A DNA stretch of 64,000 bases, from contig CAVTJJ010000004.1 in NCBI GenBank assembly GCA_963735035.1, forward strand, positions 256,001-320,000, written 5' to 3'. The DNA comes from an uncultured candidate division Zixibacteria bacterium. Its GTDB lineage: Bacteria; Zixibacteria; MSB-5A5; GN15; FEB-12. Both the position numbers and the translations under genes were made by a program. The notes beneath the pieces are model-generated. The model was given only the letters and a program-made list of their open reading frames with translations, searched no databases and had not been told where the DNA came from. How positions within the stretch are numbered: position 1 is the first letter of the stretch; every line of letters starts with the position of its first letter. Shown one piece after another: positions 30,173 through 39,852 of the stretch.

Positions 30173-31135
30173 GTGCCTCAGTCAATTTTGGTCACCGGCG
30201 GCGCCGGTTTCATCGGTTCACATCTGGTCGATCGCCTCTTGGCCGACGGCGAGCGGGTGACTGCTATTGACAATTTCAACGATTTCTATTCCCCCGCCAT
30301 CAAACGTGTCAATATTGTCGCGCACAGCCGCTCGGCTGACTACCACCTGGTCGAAGGCGATCTTCGCGACGCGGCTCTGGTCCACAAGGCTTTTGCCGAG
30401 GGTAAGTTCGATCGGGTCGTCCACCTGGCGGCGATGGCCGGCGTAAGACCGTCGATCCAGAATCCGAATCTCTACCACGAGGTCAACCTGATCGGCACAG
30501 GGAACGTGCTCGACGCCGTGCGAACTTTTCGCGTGCCGCACCTGGTCTTTGCGTCGTCTTCCTCGGTATACGGCAACAACGAGAAAGTGCCCTTCTCCGA
30601 GACCGACCCGGTCGATCACCCCATTTCGCCCTACGCCGCCACCAAGAAGGCGGGCGAGCTCATGTGCTATACCTATCACCATCTCTACGGCATCAAGACG
30701 GCGTGCCTGCGTTTCTTCACGGTGTACGGCCCCAGACAGCGCCCGGAGATGGCGATCTCCAAGTTCACGGACCTCATTTATCGTGGTGAAACGGTTGATG
30801 TCTTCGCCGAAGGCAAATCCCGACGGGACTACACTTTCATCGCTGACATTATCGACGGCATCATGGCCGCCTGCCGCGCTGATTATAAATATGAAGTCAT
30901 CAACTTAGGGCGCTCGGACACGGTCGTATTAGCTGACTTGATCGGGCATTTGGAGCAGGCAATCGGGAAGAAAGCGAAAGTTCGCGTTATGCCGTCGCAA
31001 CCGGGCGATGTAAGTCAAACCTTTGCCGATATTACTAAGGCGAGGCGACTGCTCGGATTTGATCCGAAAGTCTCGATTGGTGACGGGGTGCGGCGGTATG
31101 TCGCCTGGTATTTGAAACAACAGGAGTCTAAATGA
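30173..31135 (+). CDS. NAD-dependent epimerase (UDP-glucuronate 4-epimerase-like)
   Basis: TGGAGFIG, HLAAMAGVRPS, YAATKK, RFFTVYGP, QPGDV. Confidence 0.9.
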   Translation: MPQSILVTGGAGFIGSHLVDRLLADGERVTAIDNFNDFYSPAIKRVNIVAHSRSADYHLVEGDLRDAALVHKAFAEGKFDRVVHLAAMAGVRPSIQNPNLYHEVNLIGTGNVLDAVRTFRVPHLVFASSSSVYGNNEKVPFSETDPVDHPISPYAATKKAGELMCYTYHHLYGIKTACLRFFTVYGPRQRPEMAISKFTDLIYRGETVDVFAEGKSRRDYTFIADIIDGIMAACRADYKYEVINLGRSDTVVLADLIGHLEQAIGKKAKVRVMPSQPGDVSQTFADITKARRLLGFDPKVSIGDGVRRYVAWYLKQQESK

Positions 31136-32442
31136 ATATCTGTATGGTCGGAACCGGATATGTCGGCCTCGTGGCCGGTACCTGTCTCGCCGATTTCGGC
31201 ATGAATGTCACGTGCGTTGACATAGACAAAGACAAGATCGACCGCCTCAACCGGGGCGAGGTGCCTATATACGAGATCGGCCTGTCCGAGTTGATCAGCC
31301 GCAATGTCAAATTGGAGCGCCTGCATTTCTCCACCGATCTGGCCGCGGCCGTGGATCGCTCGCTTATCGTATTTCTGGCGGTCGGTACGCCCGAAGGGGC
31401 GGATGGTCAGGCCGACCTGAAAGTGCTCCATGCGGTCGCCCGGCAGGTGGCGAGCATCATGACCGAGTATAAGATCATCACGATCAAGTCAACCGTCCCG
31501 GTGGGCACCGCGCGCGAGCTCAGGAAGATTATCAGAGAGAATCTCAAGACGCCGGTCGAATTCGATGTCGTCTCGAATCCCGAATTTCTGCGCGAAGGTG
31601 CGGCGATCAATGATTTCCTCCGCCCCGACCGCATTGTCCTTGGCAGCGATTCCGAACGAGCGCTGGCGATCATGCGCGACGTTTACCGGCCGCTCTATTT
31701 GCTAAAGAAACCGATCGTATCGACCACGAATGAAACCGCCGAACTGATCAAATACGCCGCTAACACGATGCTGGCGCTTCGCATATCCTATATCAACGAA
31801 ATCGCCAACCTGTGCGATTTGGTCGGTGCCGACATCTACGACGTTTCCGTCGCGCTCGGCATGGACAAGCGCATCGGCCCGAAATTCTTGCACCCAGGGC
31901 CCGGTTTTGGCGGCTCATGTTTCCCGAAAGATGTCAAAGCCCTGGCTCATCTGGCGCGGGAGCAGAAATATGATTTCCCGATCGTGAATGCAGTTATCGA
32001 AGTAAATGCCCGCCAGCGTCAAATCGTGGTGGATCGCTCCCGTATCGCTCTCGGCAAAGTGGCCGGTAAGACCGTAACGCTGCTCGGGCTGGCGTTCAAG
32101 CCGGACACAGATGACACCCGCGAGGCGCCGGCGTTACATATTGCCGCTGCGCTCATGAAAGAGGGGGCGCGAGTGAATGCATACGATCCGGTAGCCATGG
32201 ATGAAACCCGGAAGGCTCTACCGAACGTCAATTACTACAACGACCCGTATACTGCCTGTGAAAAGAGCGATTTGGTGATAATTGTCACCGAATGGAACGA
32301 GTTCCGTGATCTCGATCTCGAGCGGGTCAGACAGCTAGTTCGCACCCCGATTCTGTACGACACGCGTAATATCTACGAACCGAAGAGAGCCCGGGGGCTC
32401 GGGTTCGAATATCTGTGTACGGGAAGAGCGGCGGTGAAGTAG
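31132..32442 (+). CDS. ugd: UDP-glucose 6-dehydrogenase
   Basis: GTGYVGL, KSTVPVGT, SNPEFLREG, GFGGSCFPKD, AFKPDTDD. Confidence 0.93.
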   Translation: MNICMVGTGYVGLVAGTCLADFGMNVTCVDIDKDKIDRLNRGEVPIYEIGLSELISRNVKLERLHFSTDLAAAVDRSLIVFLAVGTPEGADGQADLKVLHAVARQVASIMTEYKIITIKSTVPVGTARELRKIIRENLKTPVEFDVVSNPEFLREGAAINDFLRPDRIVLGSDSERALAIMRDVYRPLYLLKKPIVSTTNETAELIKYAANTMLALRISYINEIANLCDLVGADIYDVSVALGMDKRIGPKFLHPGPGFGGSCFPKDVKALAHLAREQKYDFPIVNAVIEVNARQRQIVVDRSRIALGKVAGKTVTLLGLAFKPDTDDTREAPALHIAAALMKEGARVNAYDPVAMDETRKALPNVNYYNDPYTACEKSDLVIIVTEWNEFRDLDLERVRQLVRTPILYDTRNIYEPKRARGLGFEYLCTGRAAVK

Positions 32443-32482
32443 GCCTCAGGCTTCTCTCATTATCAAATCAGTCGCACTTAAC

Positions 32483-32601
32483 GTCATTGCGAGCGGAGAT
32501 GGCTCGCCGTCAGGCGAGTCATCGTAGCGCGGCAATCTCAAGCAAGCTGCCGCCCAGCAATTCGAGATCGCCACGGCAGCCAAGGGCGGCCTCGCGATGA
32601 C
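32483..32601 (+). mobile_element. Palindromic MITE-like element (GTCATTGCGAG...GCAATCTC...GAGATCGC...CTCGCGATGAC)
   Basis: Four copies in the window; this copy lies between 31-bp direct repeats. Confidence 0.75.
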
Positions 32602-32632
32602 GGTTGGGGGAAGAGCGGCGGTGAAGTAAGCC

Positions 32633-34624
32633 TCAGGCCTTGACCTGAGCATCTTCATGCCAGACGGAAAATTCACTGCGGTCGATCGGCTTGGGTAGAT
32701 CGAAATTCTGCAGGAATCGGTGCGCCAGGAGCTGGGTCGAGAGTATCCCGACAAAAGCCATATTGTCTTTGAACGACAGATGCTCGTCGGCACCTTTCTG
32801 ACATTTCTTATAGAGCAGTGCCACGGACTTCGGGTTGAAAAGCCCCGTGCGTTTGATCGCATCTTCCGAGAGCATTTCCGCCACATAGGTCGGGGAGTCG
32901 GGCTGAACGAAGCAGTTTGAGTCCGGCGCCATGTACGGTTGCTTTACCCGTTTGACTATTTCCGGTGGAAGCTCCGGTTTCATGGCTTTCTTCAGGATGT
33001 ACTTCTCAATCAATCCAAAAATCTTGTAGCCGGGCGGAACGGTGGCCGCAAATTCGGCGACGCGGTGATCAAGAAACGGGAACCGGCCTTCGACCGAGTT
33101 GGCCGCACATACCCGATCTCCCTGCGAAGACAACAAGTAGCATGACAGGAGCGACCGACTCTCCAGAAATTGCGCCCGCGCCAGCGGATGCCAACGGCTA
33201 AACCCGGACGGCAGGTCGCGTCCGAACGCCCCGACGGAATCGTAATCGCCAATGGCAGTACGAATTTCGGGGGTGAAGAATTCTTTCAGGCGAGTCGTCG
33301 TGTTTATCCTCGGAATATGTGAGAAATAGAACTCAGAGATCTTGTCGAGACCTGACTTATAGAACTGCTCCAGATAATGTTTCGCCCGTGCCCCAGAAAC
33401 CGGCAGCGTCGGATATAGTTCCCTCAGCACCGACGGCCGCCATTTTGATTCGGGATTTCTGGCCCAGAAAGCGCGGATGAGCGTCTCTTTGAATATATCA
33501 TAGCCGCCGAGCATTTCGTCGGAGCCTTCGCCGGTCAGCACCACTTTGAAATTGTTCTGTCGTACCAGGCCGGACAGGAGCAGGAGCGGGGTGGGTGCAG
33601 TCCGAACCAGCGGACGTTCGGTGTGCCAGATCACGCGCGGGAATTCTTCGGCGATGGAGCGGTACGTGCAATTGATCGTGTGATGGCTTGTCCCGAGATG
33701 TTTCGCCATCTGCATCTGATACTTCGATTCATCGTATGCCTTGTCCTCGAACGTTACCGAGAACGTCTCCAGCCGTGATTGAGTGAAGTGTCTTATCAAC
33801 GCCGTTGTCACGGACGAATCCAACCCGCCGGAAAGATACGCTCCCACCGGAACATCGGCCCGCAACTGGAGCCGGACTGAGTCAATCAACAGGGCGCGCA
33901 GTTCTTCGGCGTACGACTCGACCGGTCGCTCACGATCGAATTGCTCCGGGAAAGTCATCGTCCAGTAGCGGCCGTTCTTGACATCGCCATCCTTTACTTC
34001 GAGCCAGGTGCCGGCTTCGAGCTCGTTGATCCCTTCGAACATTGTCCGCGGTGGGGCAGAGGTCCACCAGGTGAAAGTTTCGTCGAGACCCTTTAGATCA
34101 AGTCTTCTCGGTATTCGAGGATCGCAGAGGATCGCTTTGATCTCGGATGCGAAATAGAAACGTCCGTCGTGGACGGCATAGAAGCAGGGTCTGATACCGA
34201 GCCGGTCACGCGAAACGAACAAAGTCCGGTTGCGTCGGTCATAGAGTGCGAATGCAAACTGGCCGTTGAAATGATCCACACAATTGCGGCCGTACTGCTC
34301 ATAGGCGTGGACGATAACTTCGGTGTCGGAATTGGTGCGAAACTTGTGCCCCTGTATCTCCAACTCCTGACGCAACTCGATGTAGTTGAAAATCTCGCCG
34401 TTGAAGGTGATCCACAGGTTGCCGTCTTCGTTGCACAACGGCTGTGACCCTCCGGCCAGATCGATAATCGACAGCCGCGCCTGTCCCAGGCCACAGCGGT
34501 CGTCGAAATACGCCCCGAACTCGTCCGGGCCGCGATAGCGGATAGCGTTCACCATGCGCCCGATCAACTCACGATCCGGGGGCGCCGGCTCTTTCATCTG
34601 GAAGTATCCCGCTATTCCGCACAT
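32633..34624 (-). CDS. asnB: Asparagine synthase (glutamine-hydrolysing), EPS-associated amidotransferase
   Basis: MCGIAG, RGPD, RLSIID, NGEIFN, LSGGLDSS, GEGSDE, RFPFLD. Confidence 0.92.
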   Translation of the reverse strand: MCGIAGYFQMKEPAPPDRELIGRMVNAIRYRGPDEFGAYFDDRCGLGQARLSIIDLAGGSQPLCNEDGNLWITFNGEIFNYIELRQELEIQGHKFRTNSDTEVIVHAYEQYGRNCVDHFNGQFAFALYDRRNRTLFVSRDRLGIRPCFYAVHDGRFYFASEIKAILCDPRIPRRLDLKGLDETFTWWTSAPPRTMFEGINELEAGTWLEVKDGDVKNGRYWTMTFPEQFDRERPVESYAEELRALLIDSVRLQLRADVPVGAYLSGGLDSSVTTALIRHFTQSRLETFSVTFEDKAYDESKYQMQMAKHLGTSHHTINCTYRSIAEEFPRVIWHTERPLVRTAPTPLLLLSGLVRQNNFKVVLTGEGSDEMLGGYDIFKETLIRAFWARNPESKWRPSVLRELYPTLPVSGARAKHYLEQFYKSGLDKISEFYFSHIPRINTTTRLKEFFTPEIRTAIGDYDSVGAFGRDLPSGFSRWHPLARAQFLESRSLLSCYLLSSQGDRVCAANSVEGRFPFLDHRVAEFAATVPPGYKIFGLIEKYILKKAMKPELPPEIVKRVKQPYMAPDSNCFVQPDSPTYVAEMLSEDAIKRTGLFNPKSVALLYKKCQKGADEHLSFKDNMAFVGILSTQLLAHRFLQNFDLPKPIDRSEFSVWHEDAQVKA

Positions 34625-34652
34625 ATGAGTCTTTTTCCGCGATGTCCTATCT

Positions 34653-36239
34653 TTAGTGTGCCGGTCCCGAAAATTTCGTATTCTTGCCCAGCATCTGCTC
34701 TTTTACCAGCAACTTGTTCACTTTGCCCGATTGATATTTTGGCAGACTTTCTACAAAAGTCACGGACCGGGGCACTTTGAACTGGGCCAGACCTTTCTGA
34801 CACCAGCCCTGTATCTGTTTGTCGTCGGCGTGACAGCCCGGTCGCAACACGACCACGGCGTGAATCGCCTCGCCGAGGATATCATCCGGCACTCCGAACA
34901 CGGCCGCCTCGGCAATCGCCTCGTGGGCCACAATTCGTTCTTCGATTTCTTTAGCGCTCACCCTGTGTCCGGCCGCTTTGATGATCTCCCGCTTGCGACC
35001 AACTATGAAGATGAACCCTTCGGCATCCTGATACGCCAGGTCGCCGGTAATCAACCAGCCGTCGCGTAACACTTCGGCGGTTGCCTCGGGCTGATTCCAG
35101 TAGCCCAACATGACATTTGGCCCGCCGACCGCAATTTCGCCGGTCTCGCCCTGAGGAAGATCCTTGCCGTTTTCATCGGTGATCTTCACGGTTACGCCCG
35201 GTACTGCTATGCCTATTGAACCGAGCTTGTCGCTCAGACGTTCCGGCGGCAGATAAGTAACGCGCGGGGCGGCTTCGGTCTGGCCGTACATGATCCAGAT
35301 TTCCTGATTTGGGCAGGCTTCACAAAGGCGGCGGGTCACTTCGGGCGCCATCGCGCCGCCGGCCTGGGTGATATATCTCAAATCGGCCAGCTTGCGTTTG
35401 GCGATGGATGACTTGCTGAGCGCCATCATGAAGGTCGAAGGCACTCCGGAGAAGCCAGTCGCCTTCGATTCTTCCAGAGTATCGAGCACCAGTTCCGGGT
35501 ACATGAAGCGGTTGTCGATCACGACATGACCTCCGCAGGCGACATGGGTCAGCAGGAGCGAGTTGCCGTAGATATAATAGAATGGCAATATGACCAGCAC
35601 TGAATCGTCCTGAGTCAGACGAAGATACTCAACTGTCGCCAGCGTGTTTGAGATCAGATTGCGATGCGACAACATGACACCCTTCGGTTCGCCGGTCGAA
35701 CCCGAAGTATAGAATATGGCCGCCAATTCGTGCGGAGCCTGGTCAGCATTCGGAAGCGTTGCTGCGGCCCGGCTCAGGCTCGGAATCGGTGCGGCGGAGT
35801 CGATGATTTCGCCAATTGACTCTACGGGAACGGATCGAGCGGTCCCCAGTTGCTTGTCGGAGATGATCAATTCTAGTTCGAGGTTGTCGCCGATGATGGC
35901 GTCAAGTTGACGGCGATACTTCCCCTGCACCAGGAGCACCTGCGCACCGCAGTCGGACAAGATGTAATTCAGATTCTCAGGTGCGAGCGAGGTATCCAAC
36001 GGCACGATCACCAGGTCGGCCATGTACGCGGCGAAATAGCAGATGAGGTATTCAATAGTGTTCTCGAACAGAATGGCGGCGCGTGTCTCGGGCGGTAGTT
36101 GCAGCTGTTTGAGCCGTTCGGCCAGAGCCGCCGATGAACGATACAGCTCACCGTAAGTGATACTGCGCCCAAGATGAATCGCCGCCGTCTTCCCTTCGGA
36201 AGCGGCGGCGGTCTTTATCAGAAGATCAGAAACTTTCAT
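34653..36239 (-). CDS. AMP-forming acyl-CoA/aminoacyl ligase (exosortase-associated type)
   Basis: YTSGSTGEPKGVMLSH, YGQTEA, TGD, SGKV; adjacent to ACP. Confidence 0.88.
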   Translation of the reverse strand: MKVSDLLIKTAAASEGKTAAIHLGRSITYGELYRSSAALAERLKQLQLPPETRAAILFENTIEYLICYFAAYMADLVIVPLDTSLAPENLNYILSDCGAQVLLVQGKYRRQLDAIIGDNLELELIISDKQLGTARSVPVESIGEIIDSAAPIPSLSRAAATLPNADQAPHELAAIFYTSGSTGEPKGVMLSHRNLISNTLATVEYLRLTQDDSVLVILPFYYIYGNSLLLTHVACGGHVVIDNRFMYPELVLDTLEESKATGFSGVPSTFMMALSKSSIAKRKLADLRYITQAGGAMAPEVTRRLCEACPNQEIWIMYGQTEAAPRVTYLPPERLSDKLGSIGIAVPGVTVKITDENGKDLPQGETGEIAVGGPNVMLGYWNQPEATAEVLRDGWLITGDLAYQDAEGFIFIVGRKREIIKAAGHRVSAKEIEERIVAHEAIAEAAVFGVPDDILGEAIHAVVVLRPGCHADDKQIQGWCQKGLAQFKVPRSVTFVESLPKYQSGKVNKLLVKEQMLGKNTKFSGPAH

Positions 36240-36272
36240 TTTGTCCCAACGGCGACGGGAGCCGGAGAGAGA

Positions 36273-36536
36273 TCAGCCGGCTTTTCTCTGTACGAACGCC
36301 GCCAGATTGTCGACCGAATCGAGGTTGGCCGGGATCATTTCCTCGTCTTCGACCGTAATGCCGTAAGTCTGTTCCAGATGTGAGACGAGCTCCAGGACTC
36401 CGGTCGAATCTATGATTCCCTTTTCCATGAAAGAATCGCCGTTCTCGAACCCTTCCGAGTCGTCGCCGAACAGGAAAGTTTCCAGTATGAAAGTCCTGAG
36501 TTCCTCGCGGATCGAATTGAGTTTTGCTACTGTCAT
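36273..36536 (-). CDS. Acyl carrier protein
   Basis: Acidic, 87 aa; GIIDSTGVLELV phosphopantetheine site; NLDSV. Confidence 0.9.
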   Translation of the reverse strand: MTVAKLNSIREELRTFILETFLFGDDSEGFENGDSFMEKGIIDSTGVLELVSHLEQTYGITVEDEEMIPANLDSVDNLAAFVQRKAG

Positions 36537-36568
36537 GATCTTGTCCGTGTCTTTTCCTGGGTTAGGTT

Positions 36569-37543
36569 CTACCGTATCGGGGTCATCTCGAGCGGCGTCG
36601 CCCGGAGATATTCGGTGGCGACAATCTTCCGCTTGATGTTGGCGTAACCCCGCTCCACCTGTTGCTCATTGAGCCCCAGCACCGCGGCCGCCTCGGCGGG
36701 AGAAACGTTGTTCTCCATAGCGTACCAGAGCATGTCCATGGTATAGAAATCGAGGCCGAAGAAGAACTCTTCCTGCGTAACCTCGAAACTGTACGTATCC
36801 GTAGTCGGCGTCCGCTTGATGATTTCCTGCGGCACGCCTATGGCTTCGGCAATTTGATACACCTGGATCTTGAACAAATTGGCGATCGGTTTCATGTCCG
36901 CGCCACCGTCGCCGTACTTCACGAAGAACCCCTGCATATGTTCGTCTTTGTTGCCGGTACCGATTACCGCCCAGTTCCGTTTCTCGCCATGATAATAGAG
37001 CGTCGTCATCCGCAGCCGCTGCTTCAGATTCGACGACGCCACCACCTGGAGGTACGATTCGAGCGGCATCCGTTTCGTCAAGACTTCACCCTTGAGGTTC
37101 TCGACCGTCAGGTTGAAAAAGTTGAAAGTGTCTTTTTCGAGGATATTGGTGGGGGTGACGATCTTGTTCTTCCAGCCATCGGTGTATTCGGGGAAGACCA
37201 TGCGGATAGCCTCGTCGCGACGACGATAGCAACCCAGACCGGTTAACCCGCCGCTGATGTCTTCCTTGAGGGTTTCGAAACCGAATTTCTTGGCCAGTAC
37301 GCGAGCCAGTCGCTCGCTTTCGGATGACGAGTCCGTTTCCGGCATCATGATTCCGACCACCCGTTTGGGCCCTAGCGCCCGGGCGCACAGGGCGGCGCAG
37401 ACCGAGGAATCAATCCCGCCGGAAATGCCTATTACGGCACCTGATTTTTTGAGGACCCGACCGACCTGGTGCCGGATTTCGGATTCCATCTGTTCCGCCG
37501 TCTTGGCAGCGTCGATTTTGAGACTGTCCTTAGTAAACTTCAA
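36569..37543 (-). CDS. nadE: NH3-dependent NAD synthetase family protein (EPS-locus paralog)
   Basis: GISGGIDSS, NLKQRLRM, GTGNKDE, GFFVKYGDGG. Confidence 0.8.
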   Translation of the reverse strand: MKFTKDSLKIDAAKTAEQMESEIRHQVGRVLKKSGAVIGISGGIDSSVCAALCARALGPKRVVGIMMPETDSSSESERLARVLAKKFGFETLKEDISGGLTGLGCYRRRDEAIRMVFPEYTDGWKNKIVTPTNILEKDTFNFFNLTVENLKGEVLTKRMPLESYLQVVASSNLKQRLRMTTLYYHGEKRNWAVIGTGNKDEHMQGFFVKYGDGGADMKPIANLFKIQVYQIAEAIGVPQEIIKRTPTTDTYSFEVTQEEFFFGLDFYTMDMLWYAMENNVSPAEAAAVLGLNEQQVERGYANIKRKIVATEYLRATPLEMTPIR

Positions 37544-37954
37544 CAGGCACTACCCTTCCGAGGCTTTGGTTTCGGCTCACGATCTTCTAACGGCCTGCAA
37601 AATAGGCGGTTGGATAACAAACACAACCCTAAATCGATTGGTTCCCTTCCGCCCGGGGCCGGTCGGCGCACATTCGTGGGCCGACTTAGAATATATCGAC
37701 AACTCCGGCAGGGCCTTGAACCGGCGTTACTTAGCTGCGGGATCGCCCGGCCGCGATCTCAGACCAATCTGGCCGTCAGAGCTCCCGTAGCCCGCGAAAA
37801 AGGAATTGGTTCGGGCCAAGAACCCTCCGTATATTTTCTCAGTGGTTCGCATTTACGGAACACGCCGGGAGTCGGCCAGGGCCCGGCAAATAGAGGAAAC
37901 CTTTGTCCCTGCCGATGTTACAAGGGATGGTTCCCACTTCCTGAGGAATAGAAA

Positions 37955-39478
37955 ATGGCTACAATCAAGTCGGTCGGACTAATAGATCTTCGCGATATCT
38001 TCGGCATGCTCTGGCGCCGGAAGTGGCTGGTGGTGCTGCCCCTTCCGCTGGTGGCCGCGCTGGCTTTTGCCGGTTCGTACCTGCTTACCCCCGAGTATGA
38101 ATCGTCGAGTATTATTGCGATCGACCCCCAGGTGCAGTTGATCGGCGATCTACAGCGGATGCTCAGCGAACCGTCGAGTTACACCCTGATGCAAAGCCGC
38201 GACCGTGGCAGCCTGCTTCGCAGTATCTACAACGAAATCACGTCGAGCCATTACGCCGAACTGGTCGGTGAGCGGATGACGTTGGTGGCGTCGCACAAGA
38301 TCGAAGAAAAGGCCCGCGAATATGTCAACATGCAGGCCAACCTGACCATCGAAAAGGCTCGCCTGATGGTGCTTCAGGATATCCTTCAGGAATCGGTGGC
38401 ACTGGATTGGGCGGCCGGCGATCAGATCAAAATCACCGTCAATTCGACTGATGCTGTCGAAGCGCGGGACATGGCCAACAATCTCGGCGACATTTTCATA
38501 GCGGAAAAGATGCGCGAAGACCTGAACGATATCCGCTCCTCTCAGGATTTTTCCGATGTCCAGCTTCAGAAATATGAACGCCAGGTGCAGGATAAGACTT
38601 CCGATGTCACCCGCGTCGAGCAGCGGCTGGCGCGTCTGCGCACCAACGACGGCACAACTTCGGAAACCAACCGCTCTGGTCTGGAAGACGAGATAAGTCA
38701 GACCGAATCTGAAGTCGACGATCTCCGCAGTCAGGAGCGCACCACGCTGGCCCGTCTCAAAGGGGTTTCCGGGCTGAATCTCAAAGACATTGAATTGTCC
38801 AGCACGGACGCCAAGAAAGAGGCCGAATCGGAATTGGAGACCCGCCAGAAAGATATCGGCGAGTTGCTCAGCAAGTACACCTGGAACAACCCCCAGGTGA
38901 TCAATTACAAACTGCGGCAGAACCACCTCCTCGACGTGGTCGAGAGCGAAAACAAGATTCTGGCGAACAGCCAGTTTGCGCAATACGATCAGCCCATCCG
39001 CAACGATCTGGCCACGTTGGTCAACGTACGCATGCGCCTGAATTACTTGTACGCCAAGAAACCGTACCTGGAGTCGGCGCTCGGCGATCTCACTCCGGCT
39101 ACTGATCTAATTCCGGAACTAGAAGCTCAACTTTCTCAATTCCAGCGTGAGTTGCAGGTGGCAATAGATATTCGCGACCGGTTCCGTCGCCAGCAGGAGA
39201 GCTCGAACATTTCCCAGGCGTTGCTCGAGGATCGTTCGTCGAGCAAGTATCGCAAAGTCGAACCGGCCAAGATGCCGCTCGTGCCGGTCAGCCCGAATCG
39301 GATGAAGATACTCGCGATGGGTATCGTGCTCGGCTTGGCGATCGGCGGCGCCGCGGTTCTAACGGCTGAGCTGATGGACAGCTCGTTCAAGAAGGTCGAG
39401 GATGTTGAAGAGATTCTCGGCATCCGTGTAATCGGTATTTCTCCCAAGCTCGATTTCGAAAAGAAGATGACGGGGTAG
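37955..39478 (+). CDS. Polysaccharide co-polymerase Wzz/Wzc(GumC)-like, no kinase domain
   Basis: LWRRKW + TM helix, coiled coil, P..PVSPN + TM helix, EDVEEILG. Confidence 0.85.
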   Translation: MATIKSVGLIDLRDIFGMLWRRKWLVVLPLPLVAALAFAGSYLLTPEYESSSIIAIDPQVQLIGDLQRMLSEPSSYTLMQSRDRGSLLRSIYNEITSSHYAELVGERMTLVASHKIEEKAREYVNMQANLTIEKARLMVLQDILQESVALDWAAGDQIKITVNSTDAVEARDMANNLGDIFIAEKMREDLNDIRSSQDFSDVQLQKYERQVQDKTSDVTRVEQRLARLRTNDGTTSETNRSGLEDEISQTESEVDDLRSQERTTLARLKGVSGLNLKDIELSSTDAKKEAESELETRQKDIGELLSKYTWNNPQVINYKLRQNHLLDVVESENKILANSQFAQYDQPIRNDLATLVNVRMRLNYLYAKKPYLESALGDLTPATDLIPELEAQLSQFQRELQVAIDIRDRFRRQQESSNISQALLEDRSSSKYRKVEPAKMPLVPVSPNRMKILAMGIVLGLAIGGAAVLTAELMDSSFKKVEDVEEILGIRVIGISPKLDFEKKMTG

Positions 39479-39506
39479 TAGCGACTGTGCTATCGCGAAT
39501 TGTCGT

Positions 39507-39712
39507 GTGCCCGGCAGATGTCCACATCTGCCGGGTTTCTTGTGGCCGTTGGCGTACGCAACACGTGCGTAAGTTGCGTCAGGTCTTACCAGGCATGTAG
39601 GTCGGGTTTGCGGAGTCATGAGCGTAGCGAACGACGACAAACCCGACATTTACCCATGCAAAGCGATGTCGGGTTGCTCCCTCAAGTAATCCATGGGCGC
39701 AACCCGACCCAC
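39507..39712. repeat. REP/REPIN cluster
   Basis: GTGCCCGGCAGATGTCCACATCTGCCGG, then inverted pair GTAGGTCGGGTT...AACCCGACAT and ATGTCGGGTT...AACCCGACCCAC. Confidence 0.75.
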
Positions 39713-39852
39713 TATCCTGCCAACTTAACCGTTTGCGCCAGACACCCCCACGCACTATACTCCCCCGGTTGTAGCGCCGGATACAGCTAACCTGTTGACT
39801 ATTCAGCTCCGGCGCTCGTGATTCGATAGGACTGACTCGGCAAGGGACCTGC

